A stretch of 64,000 nucleotides of DNA from a virus. Lineage: Duplodnaviria; Heunggongvirae; Uroviricota; Caudoviricetes. Under the pieces are notes generated by a model. That model was not told the DNA's origin. It worked only from the letters and a program-made list of their open reading frames with translations, and did not search any database. Made by a program: the position numbers and the translations under genes. The stretch lies in the IMG/VR virus record IMGVR_UViG_3300035494_000066. One strand, written 5' to 3'. Numbering within the stretch: position 1 is the first letter of the stretch; each line of letters opens with the position of its first letter. Positions 9,229-18,609 of this stretch are shown piece after piece.

Positions 9229-10401
9229 TTAACGGAAAGAAACGTTAGAAATAGCAATTTCGCCTAGGTAGTCGCCTGCGTTACCTAGAGAACTAGCTGT
9301 GTTAGTTAGTTCAACATAACCGTAACGTGACAAGAAGCCAACAGTTGGTTCTAGAGTGTTCGGATCTAGAACAACGCCAGAGCTCATTAGCGGAACGTAC
9401 GGGCAGTAGAATGCTGCAGCATCAGTTTCGTTAGAACCTTTGTAACCAACTAGTACAGGAGTGTTATCAGTAGCATAGCTATCAACAAACACACGCATTG
9501 AACCGTTTAGCGTACCAACTAGCTTAGTGTTAGTCGGAGCTTCAAAAGTTCCTTCAGTTGTACGAGCAAAAGCACTTGTAGTAGCAGACTGTAGGATTGT
9601 TAGAGCAGTTGGTGATACAACAGCCCAGTTACCTGCGCCACGACGAGTGCGCTGAGCGATTTTGTTAGCAACGCGGTTGATAAGAATTGCTAGCGTAGCG
9701 TGTTGGTCACCGACATAAGTAGGCGTACCAATTACTGCGCTCTGATCAAATGTTTCTTCAGTTGCTGCTAGAGCACGTAGAGAGCCAAGAATTTCTTGGT
9801 CGATTTCAGCAGTAATTTCTTGAGCTAATGCTGCCATTACTTCGGCTTCAACATCAATACCGTGCATTGCACGCGCATCTTGCTGAGCTTCAAAAGTCCA
9901 GCGAGCGCTTAGTCGACGACTCTTAGCTTCAACAACCTGCTTTAATAGCTGAACGCTAATACGCTTACCAGGCACGCCTTCCATTTGTGCAGTAGGTGCA
10001 GCTTTACCATCGGAATTACCCGAATAAGCTGTTGCAATTTTAAAAGGACTTAGTGCTTCTTCACCAGCCGATACGTTAGTACCGCCTGCTGTGTTAGTTG
10101 CATCGTCTGCGTAACGAACACGTAAAGTATGGATTTGGCTTACTGGGCCTTCCATCGGCTGTACACCAACGATTTCGTTAGCGATAACAGTTGGCATTAC
10201 ACGACGAATAACTGGAAGAATTACTCGGTTAAGAGTAGCAATGTTACCAGCTTGCGTTGAACCGTTTGTAGCAGCTTCTGCTAAGTGACGACGAGTGTTT
10301 TCAAGTACAACGCTCATCGAAGTGCGTTTAGAGCCCTCAAGACCTTCTAATAGGGCGTCCTTTGTTTCAGTCCAGCGACTTTCTAGTAGTTCTTTAGACA
10401 T
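9229..10401 (-). CDS. gp23: Major capsid protein (T4 gp23-like)
   Basis: RRVMPTVIANEIVGVQPM, AKSRRLSARWTFEAQQD, EITAEIDQEI and FYCPYVPL...P.VGFLSRYG motifs. Confidence 0.97.
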   Translation of the reverse strand: MSKELLESRWTETKDALLEGLEGSKRTSMSVVLENTRRHLAEAATNGSTQAGNIATLNRVILPVIRRVMPTVIANEIVGVQPMEGPVSQIHTLRVRYADDATNTAGGTNVSAGEEALSPFKIATAYSGNSDGKAAPTAQMEGVPGKRISVQLLKQVVEAKSRRLSARWTFEAQQDARAMHGIDVEAEVMAALAQEITAEIDQEILGSLRALAATEETFDQSAVIGTPTYVGDQHATLAILINRVANKIAQRTRRGAGNWAVVSPTALTILQSATTSAFARTTEGTFEAPTNTKLVGTLNGSMRVFVDSYATDNTPVLVGYKGSNETDAAAFYCPYVPLMSSGVVLDPNTLEPTVGFLSRYGYVELTNTASSLGNAGDYLGEIAISNVSFR

Positions 10402-10429
10402 AATTTACCTTCTCCTAAATATATCTCTA

Positions 10430-11536
10430 TTACTTTAAACCTGCCAAACGTTTAATTTCGATGATGTTGCCCTGGTCATCGGTCTTGGCGGCAGTTTTTT
10501 TATTACCGGTTACTTCTTTCTTATTTTCGTGCAACGGTTGCTTAAAACGCGAGCGATCTTGTGCAACTGTTTTACTTTCATTAAGAACAGCCGGTAAATA
10601 CTTTTCAAAAGCACTGTCAAGTTTATCAATAGCAACATTCTCTAATAAACTTTCCATAACAGCAGCTTTTTCTTTATTCAATGAACGAGTAAGCTTCGAT
10701 AGCTTCTTGCTTCTTGTAACACTTTCATTAAGCTTATTTAACTGTTTCTTTGTCGATTCGGCTAATTGCTGTAACGCTTGTGTCTGTTCACGCGATTCTG
10801 CTAGTGCAATGTCACGTGCTTTAATACGTCCTAGTAATTTCTTAATTTCCTGGTTTTCGTTCAAGTAACTAGACCCAAACTCGGCTGCAAAAGATTCAAA
10901 GATTTTGCGCCCGAAGTTATTCTCGCGAGCTGCTTTGATATCTTCTTTTAGCTGTGTTAATTCTGTAGCCAGTTGCGTTGATACTGATTCTTTAACTAGT
11001 TTCGAACTGCGCTCAACAAACGATTTCTTTAGTTTATTCAGTTCAGCTTTAGATTCTGCAATTAAACGAACCTTAGTTTCTACTAATGATTTCTTATCTG
11101 CAGCAAACTCGTTAATTTCCTCAGCTAGCATAGTTTCTACATAACTTTCAAGAAGAGCTAGATGCTTCTGCTTTTCTTTACGATCCTCATGTAGTTCCTT
11201 AATCTCTTTAGCTAGTGTTTCAGTCATGAATTTTTCAAACGCCTGTGCTTTTGATTTCATTGACTCAGCAAACTTTGCACGGTCATCAGCTAAACGAAGT
11301 CCTTCGTTACGGATTTCTGCAATTTCACTAGTAAGAGATTCTTCTACCATTTTTTCCAACGCTTCGGCCATCACACTTTTATCGTGCTCGTAACGGCGGG
11401 CAAATTCGCTGCGTAGCTCAGCTCGGACTTGTTCTGTTACCTCGGCAACTTTTTCGTCCCAAGCTTCAGTTAGCTCTGCTTTAGCTTCGCTGCTTAAAAG
11501 ACCGCTTTCTAGTAATGGACTGATAGCACCTTTCAT
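10430..11536 (-). CDS. gp22: Prohead core scaffolding protein (gp22-like)
   Basis: Coiled-coil, Glu/Lys-rich, between protease and capsid genes. Has GRKIFESFAAE and a C-terminal IKRLAGL. Confidence 0.85.
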   Translation of the reverse strand: MKGAISPLLESGLLSSEAKAELTEAWDEKVAEVTEQVRAELRSEFARRYEHDKSVMAEALEKMVEESLTSEIAEIRNEGLRLADDRAKFAESMKSKAQAFEKFMTETLAKEIKELHEDRKEKQKHLALLESYVETMLAEEINEFAADKKSLVETKVRLIAESKAELNKLKKSFVERSSKLVKESVSTQLATELTQLKEDIKAARENNFGRKIFESFAAEFGSSYLNENQEIKKLLGRIKARDIALAESREQTQALQQLAESTKKQLNKLNESVTRSKKLSKLTRSLNKEKAAVMESLLENVAIDKLDSAFEKYLPAVLNESKTVAQDRSRFKQPLHENKKEVTGNKKTAAKTDDQGNIIEIKRLAGLK

Positions 11537-11538
11537 GG

Positions 11539-12168
11539 TTATCTCCCGATTTTCATTTCCTTAATAAGACGAAGCATTTCGTCTTTAAGGTATTTTTCAA
11601 CTCTGCGGTCAACAATTGACTCGCGAGCAATATCTAAAACCCTGTGGCCATGCCGCATGTTCATTAATCCTTCATAAACTGCAACAGGATACGCATTCGG
11701 CGCGCTAGGTTGTGCAACTACGTCAACTGTGACCATTTCAAAATCGCTCACGTGACCGTTAGCTTCATTAACATTGCCCGAGCCACGACTGCTTACACCA
11801 AGCTTTACATCGTTCTCGAGCATTGTTTTAACTAACTGGCCCATCGGAGTTGGGAGGATTTTTAATTTCCCGTACCCGTTTGGGCCGTCCATCCACATTT
11901 CAGTAATCATATGACTTACTCGATCTAAATTGATTTGCAAGTCATCTGGATGGTCCACTTCACCTAGTACACTATTACCGTTAGATACTTGCTCGTTGAG
12001 CAACCTAACAGCTTTTTCGATTTCATTAACAGGGTAAATTCGTTGATTAGCATTTTTTACACCACCTTGGATGCAAATACCTTTCATATAAAGGTCTTTA
12101 CCTTCTTTACCCGACTCGACAATAACTTGAGCTTGGTCGAAGGTTAGGTGTTCTTGTAAATAATGCAT
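11539..12168 (-). CDS. gp21: Prohead protease (gp21-like)
   Basis: N.N.RIYP, LGEVDHP, RVSHMI, LGVSSRGSG and D.VAQPSAP.A motifs. Confidence 0.95.
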   Translation of the reverse strand: MHYLQEHLTFDQAQVIVESGKEGKDLYMKGICIQGGVKNANQRIYPVNEIEKAVRLLNEQVSNGNSVLGEVDHPDDLQINLDRVSHMITEMWMDGPNGYGKLKILPTPMGQLVKTMLENDVKLGVSSRGSGNVNEANGHVSDFEMVTVDVVAQPSAPNAYPVAVYEGLMNMRHGHRVLDIARESIVDRRVEKYLKDEMLRLIKEMKIGR

Positions 12169-12180
12169 CTATTGTTTACC

Positions 12181-12909
12181 TTACTGTCGTTTAGCTAGAG
12201 GACTTTTTGTATTGTCGTCTTTATTGCTTAAGTCCGGTTTTGGTGCCGGCTTAACATTTGGTTTAGTTGTTCCGTTAAAGCTACCTTTTGGTTTTACGCT
12301 TTTACCGCCTTTCTCTTCGCCGCCTTTAGACACCATATCGCTTCCTTTGTCCTTAACGTCCGAAGCTTTAGCAATTGTGCTAGTTTTATTAACACTGCCT
12401 TCTTCGTTGTTGCTCGGAGTAGGAACTTTTTCAGTGAATTCGCGAACAATAGTCTCGTCTTCGTCACCTTCGTCGCCTTCATACTCGTCGGCTTCTTCGT
12501 CGTCTTCATCTGACATTAAACGATCAAATTCTGCCTTTAGTTCATCTAATGCAGATTCTAAGTCTTCAACGCGATCGTCTAAATCAACATGATCGTCTTC
12601 GTGATCGTCTAGGTCATCGTTGTCGTCATAATCAAATTCAGTGTCAGTATCGTCGTCTTCAGCGTCGTCGTCGAATTCAAAATCGTCTTCTTCAGCTTCA
12701 AGTGCAATACCTTCTTCGTCGGCTTCGATATCACCGATAAAGTCATCCGTTTCATCATAGTCAAAATCAAACTCGTCGTTCTCTTCGTCAATGATGCTTT
12801 CGTAAATCTTGCGGCTCTTTTCTACTACAATCTCGTGGAAAAGGCTGCTTGCTTTGTCGTTATCGGCATTTACAATGTGCTCGATTAACTTTTCAAATTT
12901 ACTAGCCAT
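12181..12909 (-). CDS. Highly acidic prohead core protein (gp67/gp68 position)
   Basis: Long Asp/Glu tract with a Lys/Pro-rich tail, between portal and protease as in T4 gene order. Confidence 0.6.
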   Translation of the reverse strand: MASKFEKLIEHIVNADNDKASSLFHEIVVEKSRKIYESIIDEENDEFDFDYDETDDFIGDIEADEEGIALEAEEDDFEFDDDAEDDDTDTEFDYDDNDDLDDHEDDHVDLDDRVEDLESALDELKAEFDRLMSDEDDEEADEYEGDEGDEDETIVREFTEKVPTPSNNEEGSVNKTSTIAKASDVKDKGSDMVSKGGEEKGGKSVKPKGSFNGTTKPNVKPAPKPDLSNKDDNTKSPLAKRQ

Positions 12910-12949
12910 TTTAATTCGTCTCCTAGGTTAGGGATAATATTTGTAACTG

Positions 12950-12955
12950 TATTTA
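12950..12955 (-). promoter_or_regulatory. Late promoter core (TTAAATA)
   Basis: Upstream of the core-protease-scaffold-capsid unit; an AGGAG SD follows. Confidence 0.6.
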
Positions 12956-12962
12956 AACACAA

Positions 12963-13021
12963 AAACAAAAGAAAGGCTTAAAAGGTTCTTTTTTGAGCCG
13001 TTTTAAGCCTTTCTTTTGTTT
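12963..13021. repeat. Long inverted repeat (21-bp perfect arms), terminator or processing hairpin
   Basis: AAACAAAAGAAAGGCTTAAAA (12963-12983) pairs with TTTTAAGCCTTTCTTTTGTTT (13001-13021). Confidence 0.85.
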
Positions 13022-13283
13022 ACAGGTCAGAATCTGATTTTTTACCGTATTGTCGCTTAACGTTCTGTAATCTTTTATACATTTCGTAATTGCGAACATC
13101 ACGCATCTTTCGGATCTTATTTAAATGCTCTAACGTTAACCGAGAAGTCCTAGTCTGGCTATTATCTTTTGACGTTTTGTCATCTTCTTCGCGATAGAAT
13201 CCGGACTTCCGGGGCTCGTCGGTTTGTTGTTTATTATTTGCTGAGTACTGAGCGTACAAATTAGAAAATTCGTTTAATAACAT
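13020..13283 (-). CDS. Small basic head-module protein (hypothetical)
   Basis: 87-aa ORF downstream of portal with its own CATAAATA box (13305-13310). Contains RLTLEHLNKIRKMRD. Confidence 0.65.
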   Translation of the reverse strand: MLLNEFSNLYAQYSANNKQQTDEPRKSGFYREEDDKTSKDNSQTRTSRLTLEHLNKIRKMRDVRNYEMYKRLQNVKRQYGKKSDSDL

Positions 13284-13307
13284 TTACAAAATCCTTTATA
13301 CATCTAT

Positions 13308-15014
13308 TTATGCATTCTCAGTATCAGTTAGTTCTGTTTCATCGGCGCTGATGTCTGCATCAATGTCGCTGAGTTCCGATTCGTCAGAGTCAACATCATC
13401 AACTCCTTCTAAGTCGGCTTCTAAGCCACCCGGAGATATACCTGCTGCACGCAAATCCGATCCGCTGTCGGTATCTGCAGATTGGTTATCATCGGAGCTG
13501 TTCTCTTCTCGCCACATGCGTTCGTTTTCAACAATTTCTGCTTCGCTCAGGCCTAAGAATCTCTTAAGTAAGAATCGCTTACTTAAGTACTCAACTCCGT
13601 CTAAACTAGAAAAAGACGTAATACGCTGCTGGTCGAGTTCTGCCTGTCGGTACGCTGCGAAATTCTGCGGTTCATTAAACACTAAGTCGAACAAACTGCT
13701 GTCAATATTAAAACCGCGCCATGCCAGGAATATTTTAAACTCGCGGTCGAGCGTTGGTGCTATCTGTGCTTGCAAGCGCTTACAATATTGATTAAAACGA
13801 TATTCTTGTATTAATGCTGTGCCAACGCGGCCATCACCTACTGCTTGTGAACTATCGTCGAGACCGGTTGGTAAGTAGCTACTCGGAATCCGAAGTCCGC
13901 GGAACATTTTGTTAGTAAAGAACTTTAAGTCGTCAATTTCGCCAAGTTGTGTGCCGCCCGGTAGCGTGTCAACTTTTGAGCCGCGGCCTTCTGCTGTTTG
14001 AGGGAAGAAGAAATCTTCATTCATCGACAAGGGGTTGTAAGTCGAATCAACTTGCGACGAGCCGCCACCGGTTTTATTCGGAATTCGTCTCTGATGGATT
14101 TCGTTTTTAATACGCTCAATGAAACCCATAGCTAAGTGACTCGGAAGGTTACCTACGTCGATATAAAATACTCGCCGCTCCGGGGCACGACTAATTCTAT
14201 AAATGATGATTGCATCTTCTAGAAGCTCCTTTTGCTTATACACTTTATAAATGTTTTCTAGTATACTAGTGCCAAACGGCCAGTTTTCGTCGAGACCTTC
14301 GGTCAAACTACAGTGCACAATATGATTTGCATCTATAACCGATTCTTCGCCGGCGGATGCGGTAGTATTACCGTCTTGGTTGTTAAGGTACGATTGTGCA
14401 CTGGACATTGTCCCAGTGCCTATATTGTCCCAGTTAGTTTCGTTCGGCGTTTCTGTTGTTACCAAGCTTGAAAATTTAGGAGCTAAGTTTTTTATAGAGT
14501 ACTGTTCTGGCTCTTTACGTTTTGTATCATTAATGACAATTTTAGTAACATCAGGCATTGCTACCCAGTACAGCTCAAATGTTTCCGGGTCCCTGATAAA
14601 GACCTGATCACCATACTTTAGCGTACTACGGAATAACCTAAACATACGCTTTTCTAAATCATTTAAATTAACCCATGCCCGGAGTTGATCTCTGAGTATT
14701 TTTACTTCCGATTCGGTTGCAGTGTCGTTATACCGTATTTCCATCGGCATGCCAGTTTCTTCTGACGCTTGGGTTGAAAACTCTGCAATGATATCAAGCG
14801 CAGCGTTAACTTCACTGTCTTGGTCCATGTTTTCATATTGTAAATATCGGTCTACTCGGTTAATATGGCCCGAATACACATCTTGCAAGTTACTAAAGTT
14901 GTCATAGCCCGGACTAGCCAGGGCATTATCATTACCGCGGTTAGACCCAGTGCCTGATATAGGACTATACTGGCCGCTTGTGTTAACAACTTTAAATCTC
15001 TTTTTATAGCTCAT
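13308..15014 (-). CDS. gp20: Portal protein (gp20-like)
   Basis: LLEDAIIIYRISRAPERRVFYIDVGNLP, EDFFFP, LPGG.QLGEIDD and LRIPSSYL motifs. Confidence 0.97.
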   Translation of the reverse strand: MSYKKRFKVVNTSGQYSPISGTGSNRGNDNALASPGYDNFSNLQDVYSGHINRVDRYLQYENMDQDSEVNAALDIIAEFSTQASEETGMPMEIRYNDTATESEVKILRDQLRAWVNLNDLEKRMFRLFRSTLKYGDQVFIRDPETFELYWVAMPDVTKIVINDTKRKEPEQYSIKNLAPKFSSLVTTETPNETNWDNIGTGTMSSAQSYLNNQDGNTTASAGEESVIDANHIVHCSLTEGLDENWPFGTSILENIYKVYKQKELLEDAIIIYRISRAPERRVFYIDVGNLPSHLAMGFIERIKNEIHQRRIPNKTGGGSSQVDSTYNPLSMNEDFFFPQTAEGRGSKVDTLPGGTQLGEIDDLKFFTNKMFRGLRIPSSYLPTGLDDSSQAVGDGRVGTALIQEYRFNQYCKRLQAQIAPTLDREFKIFLAWRGFNIDSSLFDLVFNEPQNFAAYRQAELDQQRITSFSSLDGVEYLSKRFLLKRFLGLSEAEIVENERMWREENSSDDNQSADTDSGSDLRAAGISPGGLEADLEGVDDVDSDESELSDIDADISADETELTDTENA

Positions 15015-15044
15015 AATACTCTCTAATTAGATCACTTTTGATAT

Positions 15045-17267
15045 TTAGTTCGCAGTGCGGACAAGCTTGTCCGACGCGTCTGCAGTTGACTTAACATGCT
15101 TCTGTATTTGCTGCAGCAACTCTACCTGCTGTTGTATTAAGTGGTCCGATGTGCTTCGTGTTTCGTCTAATTTTTTCAGCAATGCATTATATCGAGCTGG
15201 TTCAGATTTCCAACGCCTCATTTCAACTGCAATCGCATTTTGTTCAGCTTGGAGTTTTTCTAACATTGCACCGAATGCCTTAGTAGTTTCTTCTCTTAAT
15301 ATAGCCACTTCTTTGGCACTTGCTGTTTTTAATTCCGATCGAAGTTCTGTTACCATGCTGTCAATATCAGCATGCCGCGGTGTGTCTGCTGGTATTAAAG
15401 AAATACTACCCGAGTGTATGTTTTCGAAATTTTCTACTGTATACTTGTTATCATCAAATTGCTGTCCTCTTAAAGATTCACCGGGCTGCAATGAGGACAG
15501 CTCTGCATTACTCATTTTAGTCGTGTCTGACTTACCTGGAATAAGTCCGATCTCTTTAAGTCGCTCGTACAATTTTTCTAAATCAACGTTACCGTCGGCA
15601 TCACGCGACGACTCAATTACGCTAGCTATACTAACCAAGTTCTCTAACTGAGTATTAAAACCTTCAACTAAGTACTTAGTCATATTAATCGGCCCGGTTA
15701 TTATAGCCTGACCTGATTCCATAGCATCAGTGATAGTTTCTTGAATTTGAAAATACAAATCGCGCAGCTCTAATCGAGCCGACACAACTGCTTTGTTTAG
15801 TTCGTCGGGCGCTTCTATAGAGGCTACAGCTTCGGCTTGAGCAGTTTCTAACCCTGTTCTAAATCGATCTAGAGAGTCTAGTACACCAGTAAATGTCGAC
15901 TGGTATGTTTGCAACAGCCTGTTATCCGAAAACTGGGCTAATGCTACTGTGCTAGCATTATCGCGCATATACTTGTCGGCTACTGACACAGTACTTTGTA
16001 ATCGACTCTTAAGTTCTGACGCAAATTGATCAGGGTTTACGCCTGCTTGCAGTTTTAAAGCAAACTCACGCATTACGTCGGCTAGCGGGCCATATGCTTG
16101 TTCTACTATTGCCCCTTCTACCGAAACTGCGCCATCGCCGGCGATAATGTCAGTTAAGTACTTTTCAAATTCTGGAGCAATGCTGCCGAAGATCGCCGAC
16201 AATTGACCTAAGTTTTCCCGGACTCCTGAGACGCCGCGCGACTCTAGCTCTAGAACTTTTGCTCGCATTGTTGCTTGATCGCGGAATTGTTTTTGCCTAG
16301 CTTTAATTTCGTCGGCGTCTTCACCAGTTAACGCACTCAGTTCGCGTAGATTCTTAAGGTAAGAAAAACTTCCTTGGGATAACATAGCAATGTTATAATT
16401 TTGCTTGTGCAATCCCATGGTATTTTGGCGAGTATACTCGGTTACACTATCGGCAATTTCTTCATATGTATAACCCATACGTAAGAGTGCTTCGCGCTGT
16501 TGCTTAGGAATACCGTCGATAACACTGCTTAACACTTTAGCGCCTTCGGTTACAGTGCCGCCTATTGTAGCTAAGTCATTTGACCGCTTGTTCACTAACC
16601 CCGAAAACTGATCTAACGTTAGGTTTGCACGCAACGCTGTTTCTCTCATGTCAATTAATTGGCCACTGAAACCAGCACCACGCTGAGATAGTTCGTTCAT
16701 TGTGCTTGACATGTTTTCGAGTTGCGCCAAGAAAAACCCAGATACAGCAGCTGCAGATGTAACTAAAGTGTTAACAGTGCTAGCAGCACCTTCTGCTAGT
16801 CCTTTGATATTAGTACCCAAGATACTAATGCCACCGACCATTTTCCCGGTGGCACTGATCAATTCGGTCATCCTGCTAACAACGATGTTAGTAATTTCGC
16901 TAACTGATTCGAATTCGTTTGCACCCGATGCTATAGACGACGACAAATCACGCAACGTTGCAGCCGACTCCGACGTAACGTCGGTTAATACACTTCCGAA
17001 GTTTGTAACAGTGGTCGTTGCTTCTAGGTACTCACGATCAAATCGCTCGATTGTATTTGTTGCATCACGCGTGGCACGCGTTTGGTCTTCGATTGATTTT
17101 TTTGCCTTACGTTGAGCATTTTTTTCGTCAGTTTGCTGAGTTGTTTTAGCTTTGTTTGTCTTTTCTATCGCGGCAAGGATATCAAGCAACGTGCTTTCTT
17201 GCGCTGCGTTTTCGATCTTAATACGCCCGATACCCGGAACGTCTGCTTCAATAAAAGAGTTTGCCAC
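15045..17267 (-). CDS. Tape measure protein (gp29-like)
   Basis: 740-aa helical Ala/Gln/Glu-rich protein with Y.KNL.ELSALTG motif. GTG start; divergent from the tail-chaperone pair. Confidence 0.7.
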   Translation of the reverse strand: MANSFIEADVPGIGRIKIENAAQESTLLDILAAIEKTNKAKTTQQTDEKNAQRKAKKSIEDQTRATRDATNTIERFDREYLEATTTVTNFGSVLTDVTSESAATLRDLSSSIASGANEFESVSEITNIVVSRMTELISATGKMVGGISILGTNIKGLAEGAASTVNTLVTSAAAVSGFFLAQLENMSSTMNELSQRGAGFSGQLIDMRETALRANLTLDQFSGLVNKRSNDLATIGGTVTEGAKVLSSVIDGIPKQQREALLRMGYTYEEIADSVTEYTRQNTMGLHKQNYNIAMLSQGSFSYLKNLRELSALTGEDADEIKARQKQFRDQATMRAKVLELESRGVSGVRENLGQLSAIFGSIAPEFEKYLTDIIAGDGAVSVEGAIVEQAYGPLADVMREFALKLQAGVNPDQFASELKSRLQSTVSVADKYMRDNASTVALAQFSDNRLLQTYQSTFTGVLDSLDRFRTGLETAQAEAVASIEAPDELNKAVVSARLELRDLYFQIQETITDAMESGQAIITGPINMTKYLVEGFNTQLENLVSIASVIESSRDADGNVDLEKLYERLKEIGLIPGKSDTTKMSNAELSSLQPGESLRGQQFDDNKYTVENFENIHSGSISLIPADTPRHADIDSMVTELRSELKTASAKEVAILREETTKAFGAMLEKLQAEQNAIAVEMRRWKSEPARYNALLKKLDETRSTSDHLIQQQVELLQQIQKHVKSTADASDKLVRTAN

Positions 17268-17277
17268 CTTACCACCA

Positions 17278-17302
17278 TAAATACATGTATATTATCTATT
17301 TA
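17278..17302. promoter_or_regulatory. Face-to-face pair of late promoters
   Basis: CATAAATA on + (core 17278-17283) for gp26-like and GATAAATA on - (core 17297-17302) for the tape measure, within a 51-bp gap. Confidence 0.7.
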
Positions 17303-17318
17303 TCAGGAGCAACATTCA

Positions 17319-18149
17319 ATGAATAACCCACTATCTAATTACTTCCGGACTCCGGCAATTAGTATCCAACTACCGAGTCGCGGGAAGTTCTGGCCAGAAG
17401 GGGCTATAGACTTACCTGTTACAGGCGAACTAGACGTGTATCCAATGACAGCTCGGGACGAGATCTTGTTCAAAACACCCGACAGTTTGCTCAATGGTAA
17501 CGCTACCAAGACATGCATAAGTAGCTGTATACCAGCTATTAAAGACCCTAGCGCTATTCCTAGTATTGACCTTGACACTATACTTGTTGCTATCCGGATT
17601 GCGTCTGTAGGCGAGAATATGGCAATTAAATCGAAATGTCCGAAATGCAAAGAGCAAAACGAGTACGAAATCGATTTGCGGGCAATACTAGATTCGATCC
17701 AAGCGCCAAAAGACTTAGCAGCCCCAGTAACATACAATGGCTTAAAAATTTACCTAAGGCCCCAAAGCTATGCTGACATTAATGCTAAGAGCATTGAGGA
17801 CTTTGAACGACAACGAGCTGTTACAGCTGCAACACAAGAAGGAATACCCGAAGCAGAACGGATGGAACAGTTCAAAGCTATATTCACCAAACTAACCGAC
17901 TTAACAGTGAATTCGCTAGCAAATGGGATTAACTACATCGAACTTCCAGATGGAACAACAGTAGATGACCGCGGCTATATTCTAGAATATGTATCTAATG
18001 CCAGTCGCGAACTCTTTAAAGAAGTAAAAACAACTGTAGCTGAGTTTAACAACAGTTGTAAAATTAAGCCACTTCATATTAAGTGCGCAGACTGCGAGCA
18101 CGAATACGATACACCGATTGTATTGGATCAGAGTACTTTTTTCGAATAA
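17319..18149 (+). CDS. gp26: Baseplate hub/tail assembly chaperone (gp26-like)
   Basis: True start ATG 17319 (AGGAG SD). Motifs LPSRG, PMTARDE, D...LVAIRIASVGE, CPKC and CADC; ends STFFE. Confidence 0.8.
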   Translation: MNNPLSNYFRTPAISIQLPSRGKFWPEGAIDLPVTGELDVYPMTARDEILFKTPDSLLNGNATKTCISSCIPAIKDPSAIPSIDLDTILVAIRIASVGENMAIKSKCPKCKEQNEYEIDLRAILDSIQAPKDLAAPVTYNGLKIYLRPQSYADINAKSIEDFERQRAVTAATQEGIPEAERMEQFKAIFTKLTDLTVNSLANGINYIELPDGTTVDDRGYILEYVSNASRELFKEVKTTVAEFNNSCKIKPLHIKCADCEHEYDTPIVLDQSTFFE

Positions 18150-18373
18150 GGCTTTTATCCTTAGATAACCCGTCGATTATCAAAATGCTCAATAGGTTTG
18201 ATAACGAGATAAAAGCCTTAAAGAAAGAGCTCTTAAAGATATGCTGGTTTATGCGAGGGGGAGTTACTATTGATCATGCATATACTATGTCGATGCAAGA
18301 TCGCGAAATGATCTCAAAATTAATCAAAGAAAACCTAGAAACTACAAAGAAAACAGGACTTCCATTTTTCTAA
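18137..18373 (+). CDS. gp51-like small chaperone ORF, probably expressed as a -1 frameshift extension of gp26-like
   Basis: -1 frame ORF overlapping the gp26 stop at the slippery heptamer T TTT TTC. The in-frame ATG at 18185 has no SD. Contains WFMRGGVT..AY.M...DRE. Confidence 0.65.
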   Translation, partial: FFRIRLLSLDNPSIIKMLNRFDNEIKALKKELLKICWFMRGGVTIDHAYTMSMQDREMISKLIKENLETTKKTGLPFF

Positions 18374-18375
18374 TT

Positions 18376-18401
18376 AAAAAAGAGCAATATTGCTCTTTTT
18401 A
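18376..18401. terminator. Bidirectional intrinsic terminator
   Basis: AAAAAGAGCAATATTGCTCTTTTT palindrome between convergent transcription units. Confidence 0.8.
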
Positions 18402-18473
18402 TTTGATTTAAATTCCAGAACGATCCTTTCTATTACGATATGTGTTATGTATCTACAACTTCTATGTCTTTAG

Positions 18474-18523
18474 TGATGTACTTCGTACATCAAATTAATC
18501 ACTTCGTAAACTTCGTGATTAAT
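18474..18523. other. Adjacent DNA hairpins with C-GAA-G loop motif (origin-like)
   Basis: TGATGTAC-TTC-GTACATCA and AATTAATCAC...GTGATTAATT in an AT-rich non-coding stretch. Confidence 0.45.
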
Positions 18524-18609
18524 TATATTTTAAAAGATAATGTATAAAGACAACAAGTAACTAATCACATGTGATAGCAATGAACGCTATGAACGAAGTG
18601 AATAACTAC

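Noticed and set aside
17112-17318. N-terminal 69 aa of the 345-aa ORF-track call
   Set aside because: Overlaps the tape-measure gene on the opposite strand; SD and late promoter support ATG 17319.
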